A DNA stretch of 53,252 nucleotides from a virus. Lineage: Duplodnaviria > Caudoviricetes. The stretch is from positions 1 through 53,252 of the IMG/VR virus record IMGVR_UViG_3300030104_004717; one strand, given 5' to 3'. The stretch's first letter is position 1, and the number at the start of each line of letters is the position of its first letter. Made by a program: the position numbers and the translations under genes. Shown piece by piece: positions 8,750-18,000 of this stretch. The notes beneath the pieces were generated by a model. The model did not search any database. It saw only the letters and a program-made list of their open reading frames with translations, and had not been told where the DNA came from.

Positions 8750-9217
8750 ATGGATATTTGCAGAAGAGACAAAATAGAAAAAATCAGTAGCGACAAACTT
8801 CAAGCGCAACTCAAAATACAATATGAAAATTTTGAGGATACACCTAATCAATCACGCATTGAGTTTTTGGAAACGCTCATCAATAACTACAACAAAGAAC
8901 TTAGAGCATTGAGGCAGGATATAAGAGGCTGGGTTTTAGATACACAAATCGACAGCCTTTTTAAAAACAAGAAGGTTTTAGACGAGCCTTCTTTTTCAGG
9001 ACCAGAGGACTACTGGTATCTTGAGAATTACGAGGACTATCTCATAAGCAGAGCAACGTGGCACATCAATAACGGAGGACCAATGAATAATAATTTCAAG
9101 TATGATGCTTTTGTCATAGGCATAGATAGAATTCACGATGATGGAAGCCGAGAACATCTTTCAACTTTAACAGTTGGAGATATGTGGGATGAACCTAACT
9201 GGGAAAGGGGCGCATAA
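8750..9217 (+). CDS. Hypothetical protein, array ORF 3
   Basis: GCATAAGATG junctions at both ends; N-terminal coiled-coil-like segment. Confidence 0.75.
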   Translation: MDICRRDKIEKISSDKLQAQLKIQYENFEDTPNQSRIEFLETLINNYNKELRALRQDIRGWVLDTQIDSLFKNKKVLDEPSFSGPEDYWYLENYEDYLISRATWHINNGGPMNNNFKYDAFVIGIDRIHDDGSREHLSTLTVGDMWDEPNWERGA

Positions 9218-9218
9218 G

Positions 9219-9611
9219 ATGAAGATCGACAAACTAGGATTTATCAGAGACGAAAAGGGGTGCTATGTGTTTCAGGACATTGGAGTGTTTCACTCTCCAG
9301 TGAATACAGTCAGCGATCCCCAAACCCTCTTTACAGAACTCCCTACGAGCAGGGAAATTATGGCACGGGTCAAGGAGGTTAACCCTACAAACCCTAAGAA
9401 ATTTTGTAGGCGTGATTTATGCAACCTAACAAGCAGGAAGGTTCTCAACACCACCAAAGGGACTATCGACTTAGGCAGTATGCCTCTCGAATTTGCCGAC
9501 TGGACATGGGATGAGGATGTTAAGCCGTACCTTCAAAAAGGTAGCCAGATCGAAGAGAAATGGATGAGCTTTAAAGTTCACGCTCGTTGGACAGTAAGGG
9601 AGGGCGCATAA
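9219..9611 (+). CDS. Hypothetical protein, array ORF 4 (start corrected from 9174)
   Basis: ATG at 9219 lies in the conserved GCATAAGATG junction. Confidence 0.75.
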   Translation: MKIDKLGFIRDEKGCYVFQDIGVFHSPVNTVSDPQTLFTELPTSREIMARVKEVNPTNPKKFCRRDLCNLTSRKVLNTTKGTIDLGSMPLEFADWTWDEDVKPYLQKGSQIEEKWMSFKVHARWTVREGA

Positions 9612-9612
9612 G

Positions 9613-9903
9613 ATGGGAAAAATAACATATACAAAAAGGGATCTTTGGTTGGCTTATAAAACCTATCTTCAGGCAAGTCCTAGATCAAAAACGATCCACG
9701 TAACAATCGAGATGGAGGTAGATAGAAACGAATTTGTTGCATCACGATTAGTTGGAGAAAGCTTTAATCAAGAAGACTTTGAAAAAGCAGAGCCGCTTTT
9801 TGAGCCAGAATACACTGAACACGTAAGTTCATTAGTGTGGACTGAAGTGGTAGAGAAACTATCTGACCTGCACGGGTCAATAACAATAAAGGAGGAGGCA
9901 TAA
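9613..9903 (+). CDS. Hypothetical protein, array ORF 5
   Basis: GCATAAGATG junctions at both ends. Confidence 0.75.
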   Translation: MGKITYTKRDLWLAYKTYLQASPRSKTIHVTIEMEVDRNEFVASRLVGESFNQEDFEKAEPLFEPEYTEHVSSLVWTEVVEKLSDLHGSITIKEEA

Positions 9904-9904
9904 G

Positions 9905-10342
9905 ATGGATACACCAGAAGAGTTTCTAGAAGTAGTTAAAAAAAGTTATCCGAAAGCTGAGAGAATCTATCTATCAGCTTTTAGGTGGGGTGCTCCAACC
10001 GACAAACATAACCCTACTGCTGGCAAAGATATAATTACCAAAAGTACCCTGATGGATGTAGATGGTAATATAAAAAAGTTTACATGGCTAAACACTTGTT
10101 TCACATGGTTCCCTTATGAAAAAAGCACAGAGCAAACCCTACAGGAAATGTTTGGAGAGGACATGGAAATTTCTATGCCTTTACTGTCCTACCTATACAA
10201 GCATGGGGTAACCAGAATCCGTATTTTGGTAGAGGGTGACGGTCAAGAGTTGGCAAGAATGGCAAGCTACGGTCTTAGTGAGTTTGGCTTCTATTTCAAA
10301 GGCTGTACTCCACAACAACGTAGCGGGCTGATGGCTCTTTAA
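9905..10342 (+). CDS. Hypothetical protein, array ORF 6
   Basis: Preceded by AAAGGAGGAGGCATAAGATG. Confidence 0.75.
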   Translation: MDTPEEFLEVVKKSYPKAERIYLSAFRWGAPTDKHNPTAGKDIITKSTLMDVDGNIKKFTWLNTCFTWFPYEKSTEQTLQEMFGEDMEISMPLLSYLYKHGVTRIRILVEGDGQELARMASYGLSEFGFYFKGCTPQQRSGLMAL

Positions 10343-10352
10343 AAAAACTTAG

Positions 10353-10400
10353 TGGGTCTACCTTTTAATTGTTGACTCATGTGTCAGTTTGTTTCATATT
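10353..10400 (+). promoter_or_regulatory. Second promoter/operator of the array
   Basis: TGGGTCTA-N11-TTGACTCA; -35 TTGACT at 10372, 17-nt spacer, -10 CATATT at 10395. Confidence 0.7.
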
Positions 10401-10432
10401 AATACCAACTTAAATAACTCAAAAAAACTAAC

Positions 10433-10771
10433 ATGGCTAAAACAACTTCTTTTCCTTCCTTATTTCCAACCTTTATGTTCGGCTTCGGTCAGAAGCTAAA
10501 GCTCGATTATCAGTACGATATTGAGATGGACGAATGGATTGGTTTTCCTATCTTCGATTCACTTGATGATGACGAGGCATGGATGGACGACCCTCGCTGG
10601 GATATTCCTAGGAAAGAGCTTCGTCTTATCACACAGACATACAACGAAGCAGGCAAATGGGATTCAGAAGTGTTAAACCCAGACAGAGCATTGGCTGACC
10701 TTAAAACCAATCTCCAGCACTTCCATAATTTTGGATGGGGGTCAGAAGGCAAAGATAAGTGGAGCGCATAA
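10433..10771 (+). CDS. Hypothetical acidic protein, array ORF 7
   Basis: Conserved leader; ends in GCGCATAA. Confidence 0.75.
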   Translation: MAKTTSFPSLFPTFMFGFGQKLKLDYQYDIEMDEWIGFPIFDSLDDDEAWMDDPRWDIPRKELRLITQTYNEAGKWDSEVLNPDRALADLKTNLQHFHNFGWGSEGKDKWSA

Positions 10772-10795
10772 TTTAAATAACTCAAAAAAACTAAC

Positions 10796-11191
10796 ATGAA
10801 AAAAACCACACCTTCCCAATACGCTATAGATAGACAATATCAGATCGCAGATGCTTGGCGCTTCAGAAATGGCAAGTTTAAAGACTACACACTCGAAGAG
10901 TGGAGACAGAAGAAAAAAAACAAGAATCCTGCTGTTGCCTCTTCCCACCTTGCTTGGGTTATTACACAATGGAACGATGAATTTTTCGACAGAGAATTTG
11001 GATTCGATAGAGTCTACGGCAAAGATCTGTTGCTCAAAAAAATTGCCCTCGTTATGAAATATGAAGGCAAGTGGCATCACATGACAAAATTTAAGGAGCC
11101 GTGGGATCTTATTGAGGCTCTTGAGGACTTTGCTTCAGGTATGCAGACAATGGCTAATTTTATGATTAATAACCCAAGGAGGGTCGCATAA
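10796..11191 (+). CDS. Hypothetical protein, array ORF 8
   Basis: 26-nt leader identical to that of ORF 7; ends in AGGAGGGTCGCATAA. Confidence 0.75.
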   Translation: MKKTTPSQYAIDRQYQIADAWRFRNGKFKDYTLEEWRQKKKNKNPAVASSHLAWVITQWNDEFFDREFGFDRVYGKDLLLKKIALVMKYEGKWHHMTKFKEPWDLIEALEDFASGMQTMANFMINNPRRVA

Positions 11192-11192
11192 C

Positions 11193-11963
11193 ATGGATAC
11201 AGCACAAAATCTTCACCCTTTCGAGAAGTCAGGCATGGGCATAGGCCCATTTGAGTTCGTTGGCAGTATACTTTTACCGTCATCTACATTTGCAGAGCAT
11301 AACCCCAGTGCTTACCAAGCAAGCCTAAAGGAAGCGCACGGCGAAGCCAGCAGGCACGGAGTCAGGTTAGGCAGTTGCAATCACTGCGGTACTGGTCTTA
11401 TGCACCACTGCATTATTAAAGATTCTAATGATGTTAGATTTGTAGTCGGTAATATCTGCGTCCAAAAGACTGGTGACGGTTACCTTGGAGATAAAACTAA
11501 GGTAGCCGCTAGAAAAATGGCGGCTGAGGTCAAAGAGCTTAATAAACAGATCAAGCATGAGCAGTGGCTCGCATCTCCCTCTAAGGAAAATCCTGAGTTG
11601 AGCAATGAGCAGTTGGCTGAAGTCAAAAGACAGGAACGTGAAGCTCGTTACAGGCGTGAGGCAATACTTTCTCGTGAGAGGTTTGTAGCTACTTACTCAA
11701 AAGCCTGTGAAACTTGGGGATTTTACTTTGATAAAGTTTGGGGTACTACAGACCTTAAAAAGCTAGAGAAAATTTTAGATGACGCTTATCAGGGCTTTAC
11801 CGTTAGCGTCACTCAACAGATGATGAGAGGTGAAAGTCTCTCTTGGAAACAGTGGGACATCTGCGCTGACATCTATGCTAAAACAGCAGGTCGCAGTAAC
11901 AGCAGAGCCTATGGCGATGCATACGATGAATTTTCTAACCAAGTTATCCACCTTCGTGACTAG
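11193..11963 (+). CDS. Hypothetical protein with putative Zn-binding CxxC...H...C region, array ORF 9
   Basis: CNHCGTGLMHH...VGNICV; preceded by a GCATAACATG junction. Confidence 0.75.
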   Translation: MDTAQNLHPFEKSGMGIGPFEFVGSILLPSSTFAEHNPSAYQASLKEAHGEASRHGVRLGSCNHCGTGLMHHCIIKDSNDVRFVVGNICVQKTGDGYLGDKTKVAARKMAAEVKELNKQIKHEQWLASPSKENPELSNEQLAEVKRQEREARYRREAILSRERFVATYSKACETWGFYFDKVWGTTDLKKLEKILDDAYQGFTVSVTQQMMRGESLSWKQWDICADIYAKTAGRSNSRAYGDAYDEFSNQVIHLRD

Positions 11964-12131
11964 GTGAGCCAACATTTAAAGATTGATATGACATTTGAAG
12001 AATACGCAGAAATGAACGAATACACTCACAAGGGTGGAGGATTTTACGAGGACGCTGGCGGAGGCATCGTTTACGAGGACAGCATCATTGAGGAGATGGA
12101 AGCAGAGTACCCCGAATCAAAAGATAATTAA
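11964..12131 (+). CDS. Small very acidic protein (55 aa; GTG 11964 or ATG 11988), not in the ORF track
   Basis: Open frame abutting both neighbours: VSQHLKIDMTFEEYAEMNEYTHKGGGFYEDAGGGIVYEDSIIEEMEAEYPESKDN. Confidence 0.6.
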   Translation: MSQHLKIDMTFEEYAEMNEYTHKGGGFYEDAGGGIVYEDSIIEEMEAEYPESKDN

Positions 12132-12132
12132 T

Positions 12133-12348
12133 ATGGAAACACCAAAAACATTATACGTTAAAGCCAAGGCTGGCAGACTCCACGCAGAGGAGATACTTAA
12201 AGCTCTTGAGAGAACCAGAGAAAAGCTGGAGGACAGCATGAATGAAGTTGATGATCGAATCAAAGACGTTGTCAATGAGCGTAAAGACTTTGAAGCAATG
12301 GAAGAAAGGCTTTTAAAGAAGGTTATACCACAGCCTTGGCACGGATAA
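12133..12348 (+). CDS. Small coiled-coil protein (start corrected from 12034)
   Basis: ATG 1 nt after the upstream stop; heptad pattern LERTREKLEDSMNEVDDRIKDV. Confidence 0.65.
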   Translation: METPKTLYVKAKAGRLHAEEILKALERTREKLEDSMNEVDDRIKDVVNERKDFEAMEERLLKKVIPQPWHG

Positions 12349-12349
12349 A

Positions 12350-13495
12350 ATGATAGCCAATTCAAAGATCATGTTAGGTGATTGCAGGACTGAGCTAGAC
12401 CTATTGGAGGAAGGGTCGGTTCAGTCTTGCATAACTTCCCCACCCTATTGGGGACTTCGAGACTATGGTACAGCCACTTGGATTGGAGGTGATTCTAATT
12501 GCTCTCATCAGAGAGACTCAAAACTTAAACCAGAGAACACATTAACAGGTCATAAAAATTTAGAAAAAATGAATGGCGTTGGTGATTCCATTTATAAAAC
12601 AGAATGCCCTAAGTGCGGTGCCATCCGTAAAGATGATCAGCTTGGGCTGGAATCCACCCCAGAAGAATATGTTGCCAGCATGGTGGATGTATTCAGAGCC
12701 GTTAAAAGGGTCTTAAAGGACGATGGAACGCTTTGGCTTAATCTTGGCGACACTTACTGCGGAGCAGGACACAAAGACGATGGCAAGGATCCTAAGCACA
12801 AAGAAGGTAGAAACTGGGACGGACACAAAGCCCCTAACAACAAGGTTGAAGGACTAAAGCCAAAAGACCTTATCGGTATTCCTTGGAGGGTTGCCTTTGC
12901 GTTGCAGGCAGATGGCTGGTATTTGAGGCAGGACATCATCTGGCACAAACCGAATCCGATGCCAGAACCAGTCAAGGATCGCTGTACTAAATCACACGAG
13001 TATATATTTCTGATGAGCAAGTCTGCGAAGTATTATTATAATAATGACGCTATTAAGGAGAGGTGCGAGGAGTCAAACATTGAAGATTACAAGCGCCGCA
13101 ATACTTTTGACAATAAAGGCACAGGGAAAGGAAGTTACGAGGAGGCTCGTCCCGATCTTTGCAGGGGGCGGGAAGCTTATATGCCTGACGACTTTATGCG
13201 TAACAAGCGTGATGTATGGACGGTTAACACACAGCCCTACAAAGATGCTCACTTTGCTACCTTCCCAACTAAACTCATTGAACCTTGCGTATTAGCTGGA
13301 TCACAGGTAGGAGACACCGTACTTGACCCATTTGCAGGCTCAGGAACTACAGGTCTAGTCTCAGTAGAAAACGGCAGGAATTTTGTAGGAGTAGAACTTA
13401 ACTCAGACTACAAAAAGCTGGCAGAGCAGAGAATAAATACAGCGCAACCATCGCTTTTTAATTATACATCAACCACAAAAACACTAACATTATAA
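12350..13495 (+). CDS. DNA methyltransferase, N4-C/N6-A beta class (orphan)
   Basis: Catalytic TSPPY near the N-terminus, DIIWHKPNPMP, HFATFP, and SAM-binding LDPFAGSGTT near the C-terminus. Confidence 0.95.
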   Translation: MIANSKIMLGDCRTELDLLEEGSVQSCITSPPYWGLRDYGTATWIGGDSNCSHQRDSKLKPENTLTGHKNLEKMNGVGDSIYKTECPKCGAIRKDDQLGLESTPEEYVASMVDVFRAVKRVLKDDGTLWLNLGDTYCGAGHKDDGKDPKHKEGRNWDGHKAPNNKVEGLKPKDLIGIPWRVAFALQADGWYLRQDIIWHKPNPMPEPVKDRCTKSHEYIFLMSKSAKYYYNNDAIKERCEESNIEDYKRRNTFDNKGTGKGSYEEARPDLCRGREAYMPDDFMRNKRDVWTVNTQPYKDAHFATFPTKLIEPCVLAGSQVGDTVLDPFAGSGTTGLVSVENGRNFVGVELNSDYKKLAEQRINTAQPSLFNYTSTTKTLTL

Positions 13496-13506
13496 ATCTA
13501 ATAACC

Positions 13507-13737
13507 ATGGAACTTAAAATACTCAAAACTAAAGAAGAAAAGCCTAGCCTTAAAGAGGCTCAAGAATTTGTAGGTGGACTCGTAGAGCTAGTAACTTTAC
13601 CAGAAGGTGACCAGTTACTAGTCAATGAAGAAGGAATTATGCACAATTTGCCAATCAATTATCCAGCTTCGTTTCAAGCCAGCACAATCATTTTAGGCAA
13701 TGCAATTCTTTTAGAAGAAGAAGCACGGTGGGATTGA
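13507..13737 (+). CDS. DUF3846-like small protein
   Basis: LKEAQEFVGGLVE...LLVNEEG...LPIN..AS...ILGNAI pattern. Confidence 0.7.
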   Translation: MELKILKTKEEKPSLKEAQEFVGGLVELVTLPEGDQLLVNEEGIMHNLPINYPASFQASTIILGNAILLEEEARWD

Positions 13738-13824
13738 AAGGATTTACTCTATCTTAAACGGCTTTGGGATAGAGTGAAATTGCTGTAATAACAGCATTAT
13801 TGTTATATTGCACACATAACTACC

Positions 13825-13858
13825 AACCCCTTCCTAGGTAACTGGGAGGGGGTTTTTT
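13825..13858 (+). terminator. Rho-independent terminator closing the early region
   Basis: CCCCTTCCTAG-GTAA-CTGGGAGGGG stem-loop followed by a T tract. Confidence 0.85.
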
Positions 13859-13960
13859 GTGTATTAACCCCATGCAATCCAAGGGACGCAATCGTAACCT
13901 GCCCTTTTTCATCCCCCTAAAAGGGCATATTAACTAATTGATTAACTTTAGTTGACCTTT

Positions 13961-13987
13961 TGAGTCTATAAACGACATTTAGACTCA
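13961..13987. promoter_or_regulatory. Perfect copy of the operator-like inverted repeat TGAGTCTA-N11-TAGACTCA
   Basis: Exact 8-bp inverted repeat 20 nt upstream of the 14008 gene. Confidence 0.7.
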
Positions 13988-14007
13988 CGCCACTGGGGGC
14001 TTAAGAT

Positions 14008-14619
14008 ATGGCGTTAAAATCTATATACAAAAGATCGAGGAATCCTATGGAAGGAATGGGAGCATTGCCTGCTGGCAATCCATCAATGGCACAAGGGCAA
14101 AGATCACGTTTTCCTAAACAAAGGTGGAGGCCGTTATCACGACAACCTCAAGCTCATACTCCCTACAAACTTGCAGTCAAAGGTAGGAAACTAAAGCAGA
14201 GAGGTCGTGCTATCATTGATGCCAACCCGTACAAGACATCACTACAAGCCTTGCAAAGAGGCACAAATATCCCAATTAGATTAATTGGAGGAGAGGTACG
14301 AGGACACGGAGCATCAAAGTATTCACGCCAACGCAAACGCCAGCTAGAGCAGGATGAAATGAAACAGCAAGTTTTAGAGAATGCTGATAAGGGTGCTGGA
14401 GAAGTAAAAAATAAACAGGAGAGAGATGATGATAACTGGCGTGAGTTCTTTCCTATGGTAGCCGACAAGAGGAGTGGGCTGGAGCGGTTGCGTTTAGAGG
14501 ATCAGCTGAAAGGTATGAGTTCTTGGGAAAGGCGTAAATTCCTAAAAAAATGGAAAGAAGATAACAGCCAAGACCCTCTCGCAATGAACACAAAAAATAT
14601 GCAAGAGGGTAATGCCTAA
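14008..14619 (+). CDS. Hypothetical basic protein (203 aa)
   Basis: First ORF after the terminator and promoter; Arg/Lys/Gln-rich; possibly an internal virion protein. Confidence 0.6.
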   Translation: MALKSIYKRSRNPMEGMGALPAGNPSMAQGQRSRFPKQRWRPLSRQPQAHTPYKLAVKGRKLKQRGRAIIDANPYKTSLQALQRGTNIPIRLIGGEVRGHGASKYSRQRKRQLEQDEMKQQVLENADKGAGEVKNKQERDDDNWREFFPMVADKRSGLERLRLEDQLKGMSSWERRKFLKKWKEDNSQDPLAMNTKNMQEGNA

Positions 14620-14647
14620 AAAAATTTAATTAAAACAAAGCAAATAA

Positions 14648-15028
14648 ATGTATAAATTTAGCAGAACTATTGATGGAAAAACCATTGAACCCTTAAACGA
14701 TGGAGTAACACAAGTAGCGCCATTACCTGACTTCACTTCAGAAAGTAAGTATGTGAAGATCACAGTAGGAGCCAACACTGAATCGAATGTAACTTTGCCA
14801 GATGGATGCATAGGCTTTGAGATTGAAACTCAACTCACTGACCTCATCATTGATTGGCAGGGTGCTACAGGTATTCCAAACAGATTAACAGCGACAACAA
14901 TAACAGCCAGCAACTTCAGCCCAGGCATTATAGCTCCCACGGAAAGAAGATCATTTACTGTAGGCTCACTTAAAAAGATTTATCTTTACTCACCAACAGC
15001 AGGTGATGTGAACATCTACGTCTTTTAA
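14648..15028 (+). CDS. Small beta-rich putative virion protein
   Basis: Coupled (TAATG) to the large fibre gene; alternating hydrophobic pattern. Confidence 0.6.
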   Translation: MYKFSRTIDGKTIEPLNDGVTQVAPLPDFTSESKYVKITVGANTESNVTLPDGCIGFEIETQLTDLIIDWQGATGIPNRLTATTITASNFSPGIIAPTERRSFTVGSLKKIYLYSPTAGDVNIYVF

Positions 15029-18000
15029 TGAATAGAGGCACAAGACTAGGAATAAGTAGTCGTCAATCAGAGCGTTCTACAGGAAGAAGTCAGTTAGACC
15101 CAACTGAACTCAAGAGAGATTACAATTTTCTCTCAGGGAAACTGCATGGCGACATAACTTTCAGTAGAGGCAGTAACGCAACTCTCGTGGGGTCTGATGG
15201 GCTGATTAAGTATGCTCCTCATAACTTGTTACCAAGATCAAACGAGTTCACGCATTCTGATTGGAACAACCCCACTAAGATGACTGCTAATAGGGCTATT
15301 AGTCCTACAGGTGAAAACAACGCATCTGAGATTACGACAGAGAGTGCGATCTATGATTCAGTTGGTAATGTTGGCGGTAATATTACTATCTCCATCCATG
15401 CCAAAAAGAATACAGCCACTCACTTCGTTTTGTCAGGGGGTTATCCTACAGCCAATCGTGTTATCTTTGATCTTGAGACAGGCGTAGCTTGTCAAGTTGT
15501 TGGAGTCGCTAAACACACATCTGAAAGCCTCGGAAATGGTTGGTTTAGATTTTCCGTTAGCGTACCGAGTAGTTCAACGGATTACATTCAATTCTCAGGA
15601 CGATCATCATGTGCTTATGCATCGAATAACAGAGTCGTAGGTGTCTATGTGTACGGAGCGCAGATTGAACGCACATTTGATCTGAACTCTGGGCCTCAAG
15701 CCTACATTGAAACTACAGGATCAGCAGTTCATGGTGCTCGCTTCGACTACGACAAAGACGGAAACAGCAAGGGATTACTTATTGAAGAGGCGAGGACTAA
15801 TTTATTTACTAACTCAGATTTTACTTCTGGTTGGGCTTGGTACAACAATCTAAACCCTGCCCCTATATTAAATGCAGGAACAGATCCTAGTGGTGGCAAT
15901 AACGCTGTTAAAATAATAAACGATAGCGGTAACGAGTATAAACTATTACGCCCTTCTACAAATCCTACTGCTACAACCGATAATACTTATTGTGCAAGTG
16001 TATACGTCAAAGACGCAGGTTCGAGATATTTGGTATTCTATTTAAGTGATTCTGCTAGTCGTGCGCTACAAGTTGATTTACAAACAGGCCAAGTTGCTTC
16101 TTTTAATGGCAATGGTGGTTACGGAGTTGAGGAAGTAGGTAACGATGGATGGTACAGGGTATGGTTTAGCCACACGATGACTGCTACTATGGGAAGTATA
16201 AGCATAGTCCCTTCTAATAGTTCTTATGCTACGAGTCTTGCAGGAAACGGAACTGATGGCTTATTGGTATGGGGCGCACAATTTGAGCAGGGTTCCTTCC
16301 CAACATCGCTCATAGGAACCTACGGAGCTTCTGCAAGTCGTTCTGCGGATGTAGCTAAAGTAGATGGTCTTGCGTTTAGTAGATTCCATAAAGAAGGAAC
16401 AGGAGGAGCTTGGCTTGTTGACTCAACAGAATTAGCTGAAGACAGAACAACTCAATCAAGTCCATTTCTAGTACATGAAAGCGGTGGCTCTAGATTGAGG
16501 GTAGGCCCAAAAGTTGGCGGTGGTGCTACCAATGCAATTGCGGTCTATTACCAAGATGGTGGTGATATGATTTATAGTGCAGGGGCGTTAGGAACTGTCA
16601 CTAAGGGCGTTAAGTCTAAGCTAGGAGTTACCTTTAAAACAAACGATGGAGCATTTACTCGTGATGGGAAAACACCGAATACCGACACAAGTATTGCTAA
16701 TATTTACTCACCAACAGAATTAAGACTTGGGGACAACGGATCAGGTACTACAGTCTTTTGTGGTCACATAGCTAGACTTCGTTATTTCAATAAAAGAATT
16801 TCAAACAACAAACTAAAGAAGGAAACAGATACACCTTTCTTATTAAACAAATATCCTAGAGCAAAAGCCGCACACTCTTTAAGAGCCTTGATGGATGATT
16901 CAGCTAACAGCCCAGTTACCAGAATTAGAAGATCCTACGATAGTTTTGAAGCAGACTACACAGCTAATCAAGTTTCCAATGGTGAGTTAGAGAATGATTT
17001 TAAATCGGAAGCACAAACCACATTGCCACTCGATGTTTCTGTCGAAGCTGATGAGATGGTAGTTAATGGAGACTTTTCTCACGCTTCTAATGGATGGGTA
17101 CTTGATACAGGATTCTCTATTGGAAGCGGTACTTTGAACAGAGCAGCAGCAAGTGCATCTTTTGCGCAAGTTAGCTCGATGGGGGTAGTGGTAGGCAAGA
17201 CTTATGACATTAATTTTGATATAGTCAATCATTCGACTGGCATAAACTATTTATCCTTTGGAGGAGATTATTTAACAAAGACACAAAATTCTAATGGTAG
17301 TTATAGCTATAGAATAACAGCTACCTCTACTCAGAAACTTCAATTTTACGCAGGGACTAATGCAGTTTACTCTATAGACAACATATCAGTCAAAGAGGTC
17401 AACCCAATAGCAACTGGCTTCTCTACTCGTCTTATTAATGCTGATTACAAAGGTAAGCCTCTAATGAGAATTAGGAATCAATCCAATGTAGAGGCAGAAC
17501 TCTATGCTGATGCAAATGATCAAATTTCACTCTCATCAAGTATCAAAGGATCTAGTCAAAATCTTCTTGCATACTCTGAAAACTTTGGTGAGTGGGGGGT
17601 TCAAAATTCATCAGTCCAAACTTCAGGTCAAAGCGATCCAAACGGAGGGCAGAATGCGTGGCTTATTTCTGGAGGAACAGCAGCAGCAGGAGGAGTAACT
17701 TTAGATGTAGCTGTAACAAACGATAAATACTACACCCTGTCTGGATATTTTAAAAAAGGTACATCAACAAAGACACGACTTTCCATTCATTACAAATATA
17801 TTGAATGGGACTGGAGCACATCAGGAGTACCTTCGCTAACTGCTAATAGTTCAGAACCTTTAAGCATAACATTCACTCCTGTAGGCACTGATGGATGGTA
17901 TAGGATTAGTTTTGTTTGGGAAGCTACTGCTACTGCTACTCGAACTATTAATATTGATCCTGATAGAAACAACACTAACAAAACAGTCTATGCGTTCGGA

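Noticed and set aside
8011-11195. Junction repeats as a CRISPR array or integron attC sites
   Set aside because: The intervals are whole genes of 200-800 bp, no cas gene is present, and the repeats are not palindromic and lack the RYYYAAC...GTTRRRY attC organisation.
7974-12132. ORF-track starts at 7974, 9174 and 12034
   Set aside because: These TTG/GTG extensions run through a promoter or an upstream gene; conserved junctions and spacing support 8028, 9219 and 12133.
12350-13495. Restriction-modification system
   Set aside because: No adjacent cognate endonuclease; orphan methyltransferases of this type are common in phages.
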